Positions 57,940-64,000 of a DNA stretch of 64,000 nucleotides are shown piece after piece. Both the position numbers and the translations under genes were made by a program. This stretch comes from a virus. Taxonomy: Duplodnaviria; Heunggongvirae; Uroviricota; Caudoviricetes. The stretch lies in the IMG/VR virus record IMGVR_UViG_3300032294_001260; one strand, given 5' to 3'. The notes under the pieces were generated by a model. The model made no database searches and was not told the origin of the DNA. It saw nothing but the letters and a program-made list of their open reading frames with translations. The stretch's first letter is position 1. Every line of letters begins with the position of its first letter.

Positions 57940-58263
57940 CTATTGAATATGGTTGTATTTAGCATATTCCTTTGTCATGTATATTTGGAGCGCGTCCAGC
58001 AATTTTACAATTCTATGTCTTTGATTGTTGCCCGTTAGTTCTAGTGTTTCATTCCTTAGAGTACCGAGAATTAATAGAACATCTCGGCCAGAAATTTGCT
58101 GTTTTCTTATTTGTGTGAGCAAATTTCTATATGCTCGGGCTTGAGGATAGACTTTTTCGTTGGGGACTCCAGATGAGGACGCCCCCCTATTCTCTAAGGC
58201 ATCACATAGCATGTCTATGTGAGGTTGTAAGTCTTCGAATTTGAATTTTTTTGTTTCTGTCAT
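57940..58263 (-). CDS. Hypothetical protein (start taken at the internal ATG 58263, because the table start 58302 lies inside tRNA-Arg)
   Basis: MTETKKFKFEDLQPHIDMLCDALENRG.... Confidence 0.4.
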   Translation of the reverse strand: MTETKKFKFEDLQPHIDMLCDALENRGASSSGVPNEKVYPQARAYRNLLTQIRKQQISGRDVLLILGTLRNETLELTGNNQRHRIVKLLDALQIYMTKEYAKYNHIQ

Positions 58264-58268
58264 AAAAG

Positions 58269-58344
58269 TGGCGCGGATGGAGAGATTCGAACTCCCGACC
58301 ATCAGGTTCGAAGCCTGAGTCTCTATCCACTGAGTTACATCCGC
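58269..58344 (-). tRNA. tRNA-Arg (anticodon UCG)
   Basis: GCGGAUG/CAUCCGC acceptor. Anticodon arm UCAGG-CUUCGAA-CCUGA. T-arm GGGAG-UUCGAAU-CUCUC. G73 and CCA are encoded. Confidence 0.75.
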
Positions 58345-58357
58345 GTTATGTTTTAAA

Positions 58358-58433
58358 TGGTGCCCTCGACAGGATTCGAACCTGTGTTTTTCAGTTTAGG
58401 AAACTGATGCCTTATCCACTAGACTACGAAGGC
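58358..58433 (-). tRNA. tRNA-Arg (anticodon CCU)
   Basis: GCCUUCG/CGAGGGC acceptor. Anticodon arm UCAGU-UUCCUAA-ACUGA. T-arm ACAGG-UUCGAAU-CCUGU. CCA encoded. Confidence 0.75.
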
Positions 58434-58600
58434 GATGGTCCCCACTTACCGACGGGGCACATTGTCGTTTTCCATTGAGTTTTTAATTTGAGAATGCATC
58501 CGCATTTAGAGCAAACACCGATTTTATTGTGTTCGCATTTTTGGCAAATTGCCAATCTTTGATTCTTGACTTCTTCAGAAGCGATTCTACTATCAAACAT
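58424..58600 (-). CDS. Small Cys-rich protein (58 aa, MFDSRIASEEVKNQRLAICQKCEHNKIGVCSKCGCILKLKTQWKTTMCPVGKWGPSPS); the 3' end overlaps tRNA-Arg(CCU) by ~10 nt
   Basis: Hand-found ORF between two tRNA genes. SD AGGAT. Confidence 0.3.
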   Translation of the reverse strand: MFDSRIASEEVKNQRLAICQKCEHNKIGVCSKCGCILKLKTQWKTTMCPVGKWGPSPS

Positions 58601-58613
58601 ATACGATCCTAAA

Positions 58614-58688
58614 TGGTGCGGAAAGAGGGATTCGAACCCTCATCATCGGTTTGGAAGACCGACATAATAGCCCTTATACGATTTCCGC
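58614..58688 (-). tRNA. tRNA-Gly (anticodon UCC)
   Basis: GCGGAAA/UUUCCGC acceptor. Anticodon arm UCGGU-CUUCCAA-ACCGA. T-arm GAGGG-UUCGAAU-CCCUC. A73, CCA. Confidence 0.75.
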
Positions 58689-58708
58689 ATCTTTTGCCAA
58701 ACTCTGCG

Positions 58709-59350
58709 TTAATCCCATTTAATTTTTCTACCTAATTCCCAACCATATGGAAGTGGATCGTTTTTGTTGATTCTAATACTATTTTTTAAACTTTTATTGT
58801 GAATCCACATTTTACCGTATTGAGAATTTTTGCTCCCTTTAGAAGATATTGCCAGTTTTTCGCTGATTTTCTTTTTACTTTCTTCCGTATGCTTTTTACC
58901 TTTCCAATTGGGGGCAGATATTTTTCTTTCCTTATGCCATATTTTTAATCTTGTTGATACAGATTCATTTAGTTTTTTTCTGTATGTTGGATCAGTATTC
59001 ACTTTTTGCATGTGGAGTGATTTTTTACCATTCTCAACCTTCCAAGATTGGTCAATTAAAGAATTTACATAATCAAACCCACCGAAGCCACCTTTCTTGA
59101 GATTGTATGTATTGTTTTCACTAATGAATTCTTCAGTAACTATCTCGGCTTCTTTAGCAAACATATCTTCTGGATTATCAAATACAAACAGAATTTCTTT
59201 TTTGAAATTCTCGATACCATATTTTTGTATGGCGTATTTCAAATACTTCCCAGAACCCAAATAATCGTCATTCAGTTCAACGGTCTTATGAGTTCCAATA
59301 TAGAACTTGCCATTGACCTGATTTGTCGTCTTATAAACGATATAGAACAT
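58709..59350 (-). CDS. GIY-YIG homing endonuclease (Seg-like) within the tRNA cluster
   Basis: 213-aa ORF. N-terminus YIVYKTTNQVNGKFYIGTHKT matches the GIY-(10-11)-YIG signature. Lys-rich C-terminal DNA-binding region. Confidence 0.75.
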   Translation of the reverse strand: MFYIVYKTTNQVNGKFYIGTHKTVELNDDYLGSGKYLKYAIQKYGIENFKKEILFVFDNPEDMFAKEAEIVTEEFISENNTYNLKKGGFGGFDYVNSLIDQSWKVENGKKSLHMQKVNTDPTYRKKLNESVSTRLKIWHKERKISAPNWKGKKHTEESKKKISEKLAISSKGSKNSQYGKMWIHNKSLKNSIRINKNDPLPYGWELGRKIKWD

Positions 59351-59372
59351 AGGAATCTCCTGTTACTATATG

Positions 59373-59380
59373 TATTTATA
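59373..59380 (-). promoter_or_regulatory. TATAAATA late-promoter-like motif about 20 nt upstream of the GIY-YIG gene (followed by SD AGGAGA)
   Basis: The minus strand reads TATAAATACATATAGTAACAGGAGATTCCTATG. Confidence 0.4.
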
Positions 59381-59410
59381 AAAGTTCGAGCCTTGACGGA
59401 GGCTCATGTG

Positions 59411-59484
59411 TGCGAGTGGTGGGATTCGAACCCACACTTTTGAGATTTTAAGTCTCATGCCTCTGCCGATTGCGCTACACTCGC
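59411..59484 (-). tRNA. tRNA-like gene with anticodon UAA (Leu-type anticodon) but a 5-nt variable loop and weak D-stem; A73; CCA not encoded
   Basis: GCGAGUG/CACUCGC acceptor. D-loop has A14 and G18G19. Anticodon arm UGAGA-CUUAAAA-UCUCA. T-arm GUGGG-UUCGAAU-CCCAC. Confidence 0.4.
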
Positions 59485-59492
59485 CAAAAATT

Positions 59493-59568
59493 TGGTCAAG
59501 GTGAGAGGACTCGAACCTCCAACTTCGACGCCCCAAACGTCGCACTCTACCAATTGAGTTACACCCTG
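59493..59568 (-). tRNA. tRNA-Pro (anticodon UGG)
   Basis: C1-G72 acceptor CAGGGUG/CACCUUG. Anticodon arm CGACG-UUUGGGG-CGUCG. T-arm GGAGG-UUCGAGU-CCUCU. A73, CCA. Confidence 0.7.
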
Positions 59569-59607
59569 ATTTTTGTATCATACTACATTTATATAGCAAA
59601 GTCAAAC

Positions 59608-59683
59608 TGGTGGGACCACTAGGATTTGAACCTAGAATCAAAGAATTATGAGTTCTCTGCATTGACCGTTATGCTATAGTCCC
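59608..59683 (-). tRNA. tRNA with anticodon CAU (Met or Ile2)
   Basis: GGGACUA/UGGUCCC acceptor. D-stem GCAU/AUGC. Anticodon arm GAGAA-CUCAUAA-UUCUU. T-arm CUAGG-UUCAAAU-CCUAG. A73, CCA. Confidence 0.65.
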
Positions 59684-60084
59684 AAAACTTTTCTTGAAAT
59701 AATACCATGTGCGACATCACGTTCTTTATCATATCTTTCTGGATCTAACATCGGATATAGATGCTTTGTTCCATTCGGTTTTATATCAAATTGAGAACCC
59801 ATCGGGACAAGATGTTTAGTGTGCAATTTTCTGAATTCTGTTTCATCCACAACAACTGGTTCACCTATCGTAACAGCACCTATCGCTTTAGCCTTTCCTT
59901 CTCCAGTTTTTACGATGGAAACTCGTTTACCGATATAAGGCTTAAGAGAATTTGTATCGCGAGTTTCATAATATTTTTCACCGTCTACAATTTTATCTGC
60001 ATACGATATACCAGCCTCGGTGTCGCTTCTTACGTTAATACCTATATCTGAATTTTCTTTAATGAAAGATTTAAAGGAAAGCAT
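59674..60084 (-). CDS. Hypothetical protein, possibly ASCH/PUA-like fold
   Basis: 136-aa ORF. Weak pattern only. The 3' end overlaps the tRNA at 59608-59683 by ~10 nt. Confidence 0.3.
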   Translation of the reverse strand: MLSFKSFIKENSDIGINVRSDTEAGISYADKIVDGEKYYETRDTNSLKPYIGKRVSIVKTGEGKAKAIGAVTIGEPVVVDETEFRKLHTKHLVPMGSQFDIKPNGTKHLYPMLDPERYDKERDVAHGIISRKVLGL

Positions 60085-60116
60085 GGTGATAAATCCTCAA
60101 AAATAACTCCAGATAT

Positions 60117-60710
60117 TTATCTAAGAGTCTTTGAATGAATTGTATACCACTTCTTGTCAATCGGATTCATGTGAAACAGTCCAATATAATTCGAGTCCAC
60201 CGTTTCAACGATCTCGATCTTTTTGATATTGTCGAGAACGTAATACTTCCTTCCGTTTTTGACGACAAGAATCATATGCATCTCATCTGCATACGCATTA
60301 ACTTTCACCAGAGTGATATACATCATCGAGTTCGGGATTCCCAAACTTAAGAGTTCTTTTCTTTTAGACAAAACAAAGTCATCGCAATCACCACTCGCCG
60401 AATAGAAAAAATCAATTTTCCTATCACCGAGGGTTGATGTCCACCTATCCATTTTCCCATACTTGGGTTTGTCGGCGGCGAATCGAAACTGGTTATATTT
60501 AAAATTGACTTTGTGCAAAATCGGTAGAAGTTCCTCTTCTTTAAATTTCACGGGCTTCGATGTGTCAATTTCATCGCTGCAAGATGGATCATTTGATCCT
60601 TCTAGTTGACAATATTCAACCCATTGATAGGGAACTTCGACCGTTTTCGCAGAAATTTCCCCGACGGGAAAAAGGAGCAGTGCTGCAAAAAGTTTGTGAT
60701 ACTTCTTCAT
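60117..60710 (-). CDS. Secreted transglutaminase-like cysteine peptidase (BTLCP family; GDCDDF motif)
   Basis: The start is taken at MKKYHKLFAALLLFPVGEISA (signal peptide) with SD AAGGTAAGG. Motif is DRWTSTLGDRKIDFFYSASGDCDDFVLSKRKELLSLGIP...ADEMHMILVV. Confidence 0.55.
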   Translation of the reverse strand: MKKYHKLFAALLLFPVGEISAKTVEVPYQWVEYCQLEGSNDPSCSDEIDTSKPVKFKEEELLPILHKVNFKYNQFRFAADKPKYGKMDRWTSTLGDRKIDFFYSASGDCDDFVLSKRKELLSLGIPNSMMYITLVKVNAYADEMHMILVVKNGRKYYVLDNIKKIEIVETVDSNYIGLFHMNPIDKKWYTIHSKTLR

Positions 60711-60770
60711 ACCCCTTACCTTATCACATTTGACCAGAAAAGTAAAGGGTGAATTGAAAAATGATAGAAT

Positions 60771-60862
60771 TGGTGCTCCCGCTTGGACTTGAACCAAGAC
60801 TAACCGCTAATCTGGCGAATCGGGATTATAAGTCCCGTCGTGCTACCTTACACTACAGGAGC
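60771..60862 (-). tRNA. Class II (long variable arm, ~17 nt) tRNA with apparent anticodon UAU; A73; CCA encoded
   Basis: GCUCCUG/CGGGAGC acceptor. 3-bp D-stem with G18G19. Anticodon arm CGGGA-CUUAUAA-UCCCG. Extra arm UCGC-CAGAUUA-GCGG. T-arm CUUGG-UUCAAGU-CCAAG. Confidence 0.5.
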
Positions 60863-60959
60863 GAATGGCGGAAGGCAGTGTACTCGAAACACATCCCCGA
60901 AGAAACCATCTGTTTAGCAAACAGCGACAGATCCTCTCTGCTTTACCTTCCAATTAAAT

Positions 60960-61169
60960 TTATTTATCCTCAACACAAGCCTTTGGTTTACCATCAGTGT
61001 CAACAAGAGCAGTTACGGCAACACCCTTTCCGCTGTTGATGATGACATACTTGGTCCCCTCGATACACCGCACAGTGTATCCATTCGCTGTGCTGCTAAT
61101 AGTGTCTTCAAAGCCACCACAACCAGAGAGTAGGGCGAGGATAGAAAAACTGACCAGAATCTTTTTCAT
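60960..61169 (-). CDS. Small lipoprotein (lipobox LLSGC)
   Basis: 69-aa ORF MKKILVSFSILALLSGCGG.... Confidence 0.5.
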   Translation of the reverse strand: MKKILVSFSILALLSGCGGFEDTISSTANGYTVRCIEGTKYVIINSGKGVAVTALVDTDGKPKACVEDK

Positions 61170-61188
61170 ATTATATTCCTTTCAAAAG

Positions 61189-61262
61189 TGGAGCGGGTAG
61201 CGAGAATCGAACTCGCACGATAACCTTGGCAAGGTCACAGGCAACCATTACATCATACCCGC
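61189..61262 (-). tRNA. tRNA-Gly (anticodon GCC)
   Basis: GCGGGUA/UACCCGC acceptor. Anticodon arm UGACC-UUGCCAA-GGUUA. T-arm CGAG-UUCGAUU-CUCG. U73, CCA. Confidence 0.65.
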
Positions 61263-61268
61263 AAAAAC

Positions 61269-61344
61269 TGGTGCATGGTGTAGGACTCGAACCTACATGA
61301 TTCACCGTGTAAAGGTGACGCTTAACCTCTCAGACCAACCATGC
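61269..61344 (-). tRNA. tRNA-Val (anticodon UAC)
   Basis: GCAUGGU/ACCAUGC acceptor. Anticodon arm UCACC-UUUACAC-GGUGA. T-arm GUAGG-UUCGAGU-CCUAC. A73, CCA. Confidence 0.7.
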
Positions 61345-61350
61345 ATAAAC

Positions 61351-61427
61351 TGGTGCCCTCGGACAGATTCGAACTGTCACTGATTAGTTCCTAAGACTAA
61401 CGCCTCTGCCAGTTGGGCTACGGGGGC
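61351..61427 (-). tRNA. tRNA with anticodon UAG (Leu-type anticodon) but class I body (5-nt variable loop); A73
   Basis: GCCCCCG/CGAGGGC acceptor (one C:A mismatch). Anticodon arm UUAGU-CUUAGGA-ACUAA. T-arm GACAG-UUCGAAU-CUGUC. Confidence 0.5.
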
Positions 61428-61434
61428 ATAAAAA

Positions 61435-61522
61435 TGGCGGAGATTGATAGCATCGAACTATTACCGATTTCTCAGTACTACGATTTTCAAGACCGTTCGA
61501 GGAGCCAACCTCAGCAATCTCC
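61435..61522 (-). tRNA. tRNA-Ser (anticodon UGA), class II
   Basis: GGAGAUU/AAUCUCC acceptor. G73. Anticodon arm ACGGU-CUUGAAA-AUCGU. Long extra arm. T-arm UAGUUCGAUGCUA. Confidence 0.7.
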
Positions 61523-61531
61523 GTGTTAAAA

Positions 61532-61607
61532 TGGCGCGCTCGGCAGGATTCGAACCTGCGTCATTCTGCTTAGAAGGCAGATGCCTTATCCACTAGACTA
61601 CGAGCGC
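61532..61607 (-). tRNA. tRNA-Arg (anticodon UCU)
   Basis: GCGCUCG/CGAGCGC acceptor. Anticodon arm UCUGC-CUUCUAA-GCAGA. T-arm GCAGG-UUCGAAU-CCUGC. G73, CCA. Confidence 0.75.
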
Positions 61608-61622
61608 ATTAAACTTTATTTA

Positions 61623-62426
61623 TTACTTCTTACCGCTAAACATCAGAGCATCGAAGTTCGCGGGAACAACAATGGTCTGAACCTTGCCATCGCGAATGCC
61701 TTCGCTGATGTTGATCATCGCCATTGCTTGCATGTACTCAACAGCGCCCTTGTTGGCGTTAAGAGCAGCAATACGTTCTGCTTCCTTCTTTGCAGTTTCG
61801 ACTTCTACTTCCTTCTTCTTCAATTCATTCTGTGCGCGAACCAATTCGTTTGCGCTCGCGACAATATTGTCTGCGGGCAGAATGCTGCGAACAAGAATCT
61901 GCTGAACTACAATCGAACCGTCCAACTTTTCTTCGGCGAGAGAAGAAATCATGCTCTCACGAATTTCCTGCTCAATCTGAGCACGATTGTCATTCATCTT
62001 CAGCGACTCGTACCTGCGAGCACTCTTGTATGCTGCATTGCGAGCAACCTGAAACACATAATTGTACATCAAAAGGATATCGCCTTCCTCAGTTGCAGAG
62101 TGGAAACTGCGATTCTTGTTGACATAGAGTTCAGCAACACTCTGAGGATTGATGCTGTAAACCACAGCCATGTCAAAGTCCTTGACGGTGCTGTTATCAC
62201 TTGCCAGCGGAGTCATGTTGGAAACGTTGACCTGAACATCCTTGACGGGGAAGGTCAAAACATCGCCAATCAAAACCTGATTGAATGAGCCAGGGAGCAA
62301 TTCGCCTTGCTGAACCTGCTTGTCAAACCCAACTCGAACCCCGACTTCACCAGTCTCAATACGAGTACAACCCGTAAGAGCAAGGCTAACGGCGGTGACA
62401 ATCGACACAGTAGCAAAATATTTCAT
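61623..62426 (-). CDS. SPFH/band-7 (prohibitin/HflC-like) domain lipoprotein
   Basis: 267-aa ORF. Lipobox LALTGC. Band-7 core (IETGEVGV...LLPGSFNQV...DMAVVYSINPQSVAELYV) and a C-terminal coiled coil. Confidence 0.6.
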   Translation of the reverse strand: MKYFATVSIVTAVSLALTGCTRIETGEVGVRVGFDKQVQQGELLPGSFNQVLIGDVLTFPVKDVQVNVSNMTPLASDNSTVKDFDMAVVYSINPQSVAELYVNKNRSFHSATEEGDILLMYNYVFQVARNAAYKSARRYESLKMNDNRAQIEQEIRESMISSLAEEKLDGSIVVQQILVRSILPADNIVASANELVRAQNELKKKEVEVETAKKEAERIAALNANKGAVEYMQAMAMINISEGIRDGKVQTIVVPANFDALMFSGKK

Positions 62427-62436
62427 ATTGTTCCTC

Positions 62437-62625
62437 TTAGAAAATTAAAACAAATGTAGTCAAAAATAAAACTGTCAGTACAGAACAAAGTATACTGTAT
62501 CCAACGAGTTTAGTCAACTCCAATTTTTGCTTTTTGGTTGTACTTCGGAATGCTTGAATGCCGAAGAAGAATCCACCAAAAATAAGAAGAAATGCTAACA
62601 AAATTTTAAACATAAAAAACTCCAT
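62437..62625 (-). CDS. Small hydrophobic membrane protein (2 TM)
   Basis: 62-aa ORF MEFFMFKILLAFLLIFGGFFFGIQAF.... Confidence 0.4.
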   Translation of the reverse strand: MEFFMFKILLAFLLIFGGFFFGIQAFRSTTKKQKLELTKLVGYSILCSVLTVLFLTTFVLIF

Positions 62626-62634
62626 GTTAAAAAT

Positions 62635-62711
62635 TGGTGCCCAGAGTGGGAGTCGAACCCACAGAAGTTCGGGTTTGAGCCGAACATGTTTGCCAATTAC
62701 ATCACCTGGGC
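62635..62711 (-). tRNA. tRNA with anticodon CAA (Leu-type anticodon) but class I body (5-nt variable loop); A73
   Basis: GCCCAGG/UCUGGGC acceptor. D-stem AUGU/ACAU. Anticodon arm UUCGG-CUCAAAC-CCGAA. T-arm GUGGG-UUCGACU-CCCAC. CCA encoded. Confidence 0.5.
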
Positions 62712-63105
62712 AAAAATATGGTGCCAGTGTTGCTGGCTCGGGAATCCCAGTCCTCGGCAGTTAGAGACTGCTTACATACCACCCTACTCTAACCATATTG
62801 AAGCACACTGCCGATTATAGCACCGTCTTTTCCGTGCTTTACTCTAGCCATTACACTATCTTAAGACAGTGTCATTGATTGAGGCTGCAATGCATAAGAC
62901 TAAACAATATGCTTCAATATGGTATAAGAGACAGGTTCAGTAATCCCAACTGCTCATTGCGCAGGGCAATTTAGGTCGAAGCCACCCGCCATTTACATAT
63001 ACCATATTGAAACACACTATGCAGAAGTCTCTAATCTCGCCTCAACAGAGGCATAACACACGACCTCAGTGCTTCGGTGTGTCCAAAATATAGTGTGCTT
63101 CAATA

Positions 63106-63181
63106 TGGTGTCCAGTACTGGGATTGAACCAGTGACCTCTACCTTGTCATGGTAGCGTTCGTGCCGCTGAACTAACTGGAC
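63106..63181 (-). tRNA. tRNA-Val (anticodon GAC)
   Basis: GUCCAGU/ACUGGAC acceptor. D-stem GUUC/GAAC. Anticodon arm CUACC-AUGACAA-GGUAG. T-arm ACUGG-UUCAAUC-CCAGU. A73, CCA. Confidence 0.65.
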
Positions 63182-63530
63182 AGTAAGATTGAGAAGGGCT
63201 GAGATTACACCCTTTCTAGAAATGCTTCTGGCATTATAGTTAGTCTTGCGAACCAACCTTCTCCAGACATCCACTGATGTTCTTTTCGATACACCAGTAC
63301 ACTTCCAACATCGCCGTTTTTAAGGTCAGGCATTAGACCTTTCATCGTTGATTACTCTGTACCTTCTAATCCGTTGACCTTGCGAGCCATTCACCGTCGC
63401 TAAACCGTTACGAATATTTTTGTACAAACTCACTACACCTTGCGGGCTTCGCGAGACTCAGTTGACTTGCGTCCTGAGTGTTAGATGTTTTTCATCAACA
63501 ATAGAGACAGACTTTGCGTTTTAATCGTTA

Positions 63531-63600
63531 GATGGATTTGAACCACCAGCCGACTCCTCAAAATGGAGTTGCACTACCATTGTGCTACAACTGTAACCTA
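63531..63600 (-). tRNA. tRNA-Lys(UUU)-like element with good D-arm, anticodon arm and T-arm but no closing acceptor stem (pseudo-tRNA, split or intron-containing tRNA?)
   Basis: UAGCACAAUGGUAGUGCA D-arm. Anticodon arm ACUCC-AUUUUGA-GGAGU. T-arm GGUGG-UUCAAAU-CCAUC. Flanks are not complementary. Confidence 0.25.
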
Positions 63601-64000
63601 CTATGATGTGCTGTCTCTGTTGCTGCGTAATGTTTTGAATTACGCAATACAACACACCACGTACCTTTCGTCTTGCTCGACTACTCAGTCGCATGTCACG
63701 ACCAATGTTTGCCTGAAGCACCCATCAACCGTTAATGCTGCGTCTCAACCCTTGGCTGCAAGACCTCGGATCAAAACACTACTCTTTCCTATGCCTGTTA
63801 ACAAGTTAGTATTGTGTTGAGGTCGGCACTACCCGTTACTCTCTGTCTGCCCGCTTTACCCTTGCGGGAGCATAAGCAGATATTCTTTCCAACACACTTG
63901 CGTCACAGTTACAACCATCGGTCTTATCAATGATCGCATCCTCGCGGATGTAGGCAAGTTTGCATAGATGAACCTATTGCTAGGCGCAGTCCTGTAGGAG

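Noticed and set aside
59366-59662. 98-aa minus-strand ORF spanning 59366-59662
   Set aside because: It runs straight through three well-folded tRNA genes (UAA-type, Pro, CAU) and the TATAAATA element. It is an artefact.
62712-62770. Attempt to fold tggtgccagtgttgctggctcgggaatcccagtcctcggcag... as another tRNA (either strand)
   Set aside because: No cloverleaf closes. Only a simple GCCAG-CAACA-CUGGC hairpin and a GGG-AUU-CCC mini-stem form. It is treated as part of the structured non-coding region rather than as a tRNA.

Overview
This window is a segment of a T4-like (Tevenvirinae-type 'T4 core') myovirus genome. Nearly all genes are on the minus strand. One internal plus-strand block spans 34.3-39.6 kb.

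Modules in order:
(1) 1-20 kb: tail-fibre and virion structural module. It has two collagen-like (G-x-x)n fibre proteins carrying C-terminal intramolecular-chaperone (peptidase S74-like) domains, a pectate-lyase-fold tail spike, and an A/N/Q tandem-repeat fibre protein that runs off the left edge.
(2) 20-39.6 kb: baseplate module with recognisable homologues of T4 gp8, gp7, gp6, gp25, gp5, gp53, gp26, gp19/48/54-family tube proteins, and a tape-measure-like protein with an SLT lytic-transglycosylase domain.
(3) 39.7-43.9 kb: gp32 SSB, an HNH homing endonuclease inserted between gp32 and gp59, the gp59 helicase loader, a bona fide GMP reductase (guaC) and a membrane-anchored SleB-type cell-wall hydrolase.
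(4) 44.17-44.56 kb: what looks like a circularly permuted two-piece tmRNA (ssrA) gene. The acceptor piece ...CAUCUCCACCA lies upstream of the coding piece GGGGAUGAAUUUGGCUUCGAC.... The tag reading frame ends ...YDMALAA-UAA, with a G3:U70 pair and A73.
(5) 44.6-50.7 kb: accessory genes. These are an EF-hand protein, a 2-Cys peroxiredoxin, a PD-(D/E)XK nuclease, PhoH, a HAD phosphatase and a possible DenV-like glycosylase.
(6) 50.7-55.7 kb: an early-gene array in which a roughly 75-nt cassette (sigma70-like -35/-10, conserved leader, SD) is repeated at least 6 times. It sits in front of small genes, including six tandem paralogues of a GC/Ala-rich protein family that is compositionally very different from the rest of the window. 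The array ends with a glutaredoxin.
(7) 55.7-63.6 kb: a tRNA cluster with at least 15 tRNA genes on the minus strand. Interspersed are an HNH and a GIY-YIG homing endonuclease (both preceded by TATAAATA late-promoter motifs), a BTLCP transglutaminase-like peptidase, lipoproteins and an SPFH/band-7 lipoprotein.

Several tRNAs look non-canonical. Three short-variable-loop tRNAs carry Leu anticodons. One long-arm, class II tRNA carries anticodon UAU.

Hand-derived coordinates for RNA genes and small ORFs may be off by 1-2 nt. All homology calls come from reading the translated ORFs against remembered family sequences, not from database searches.
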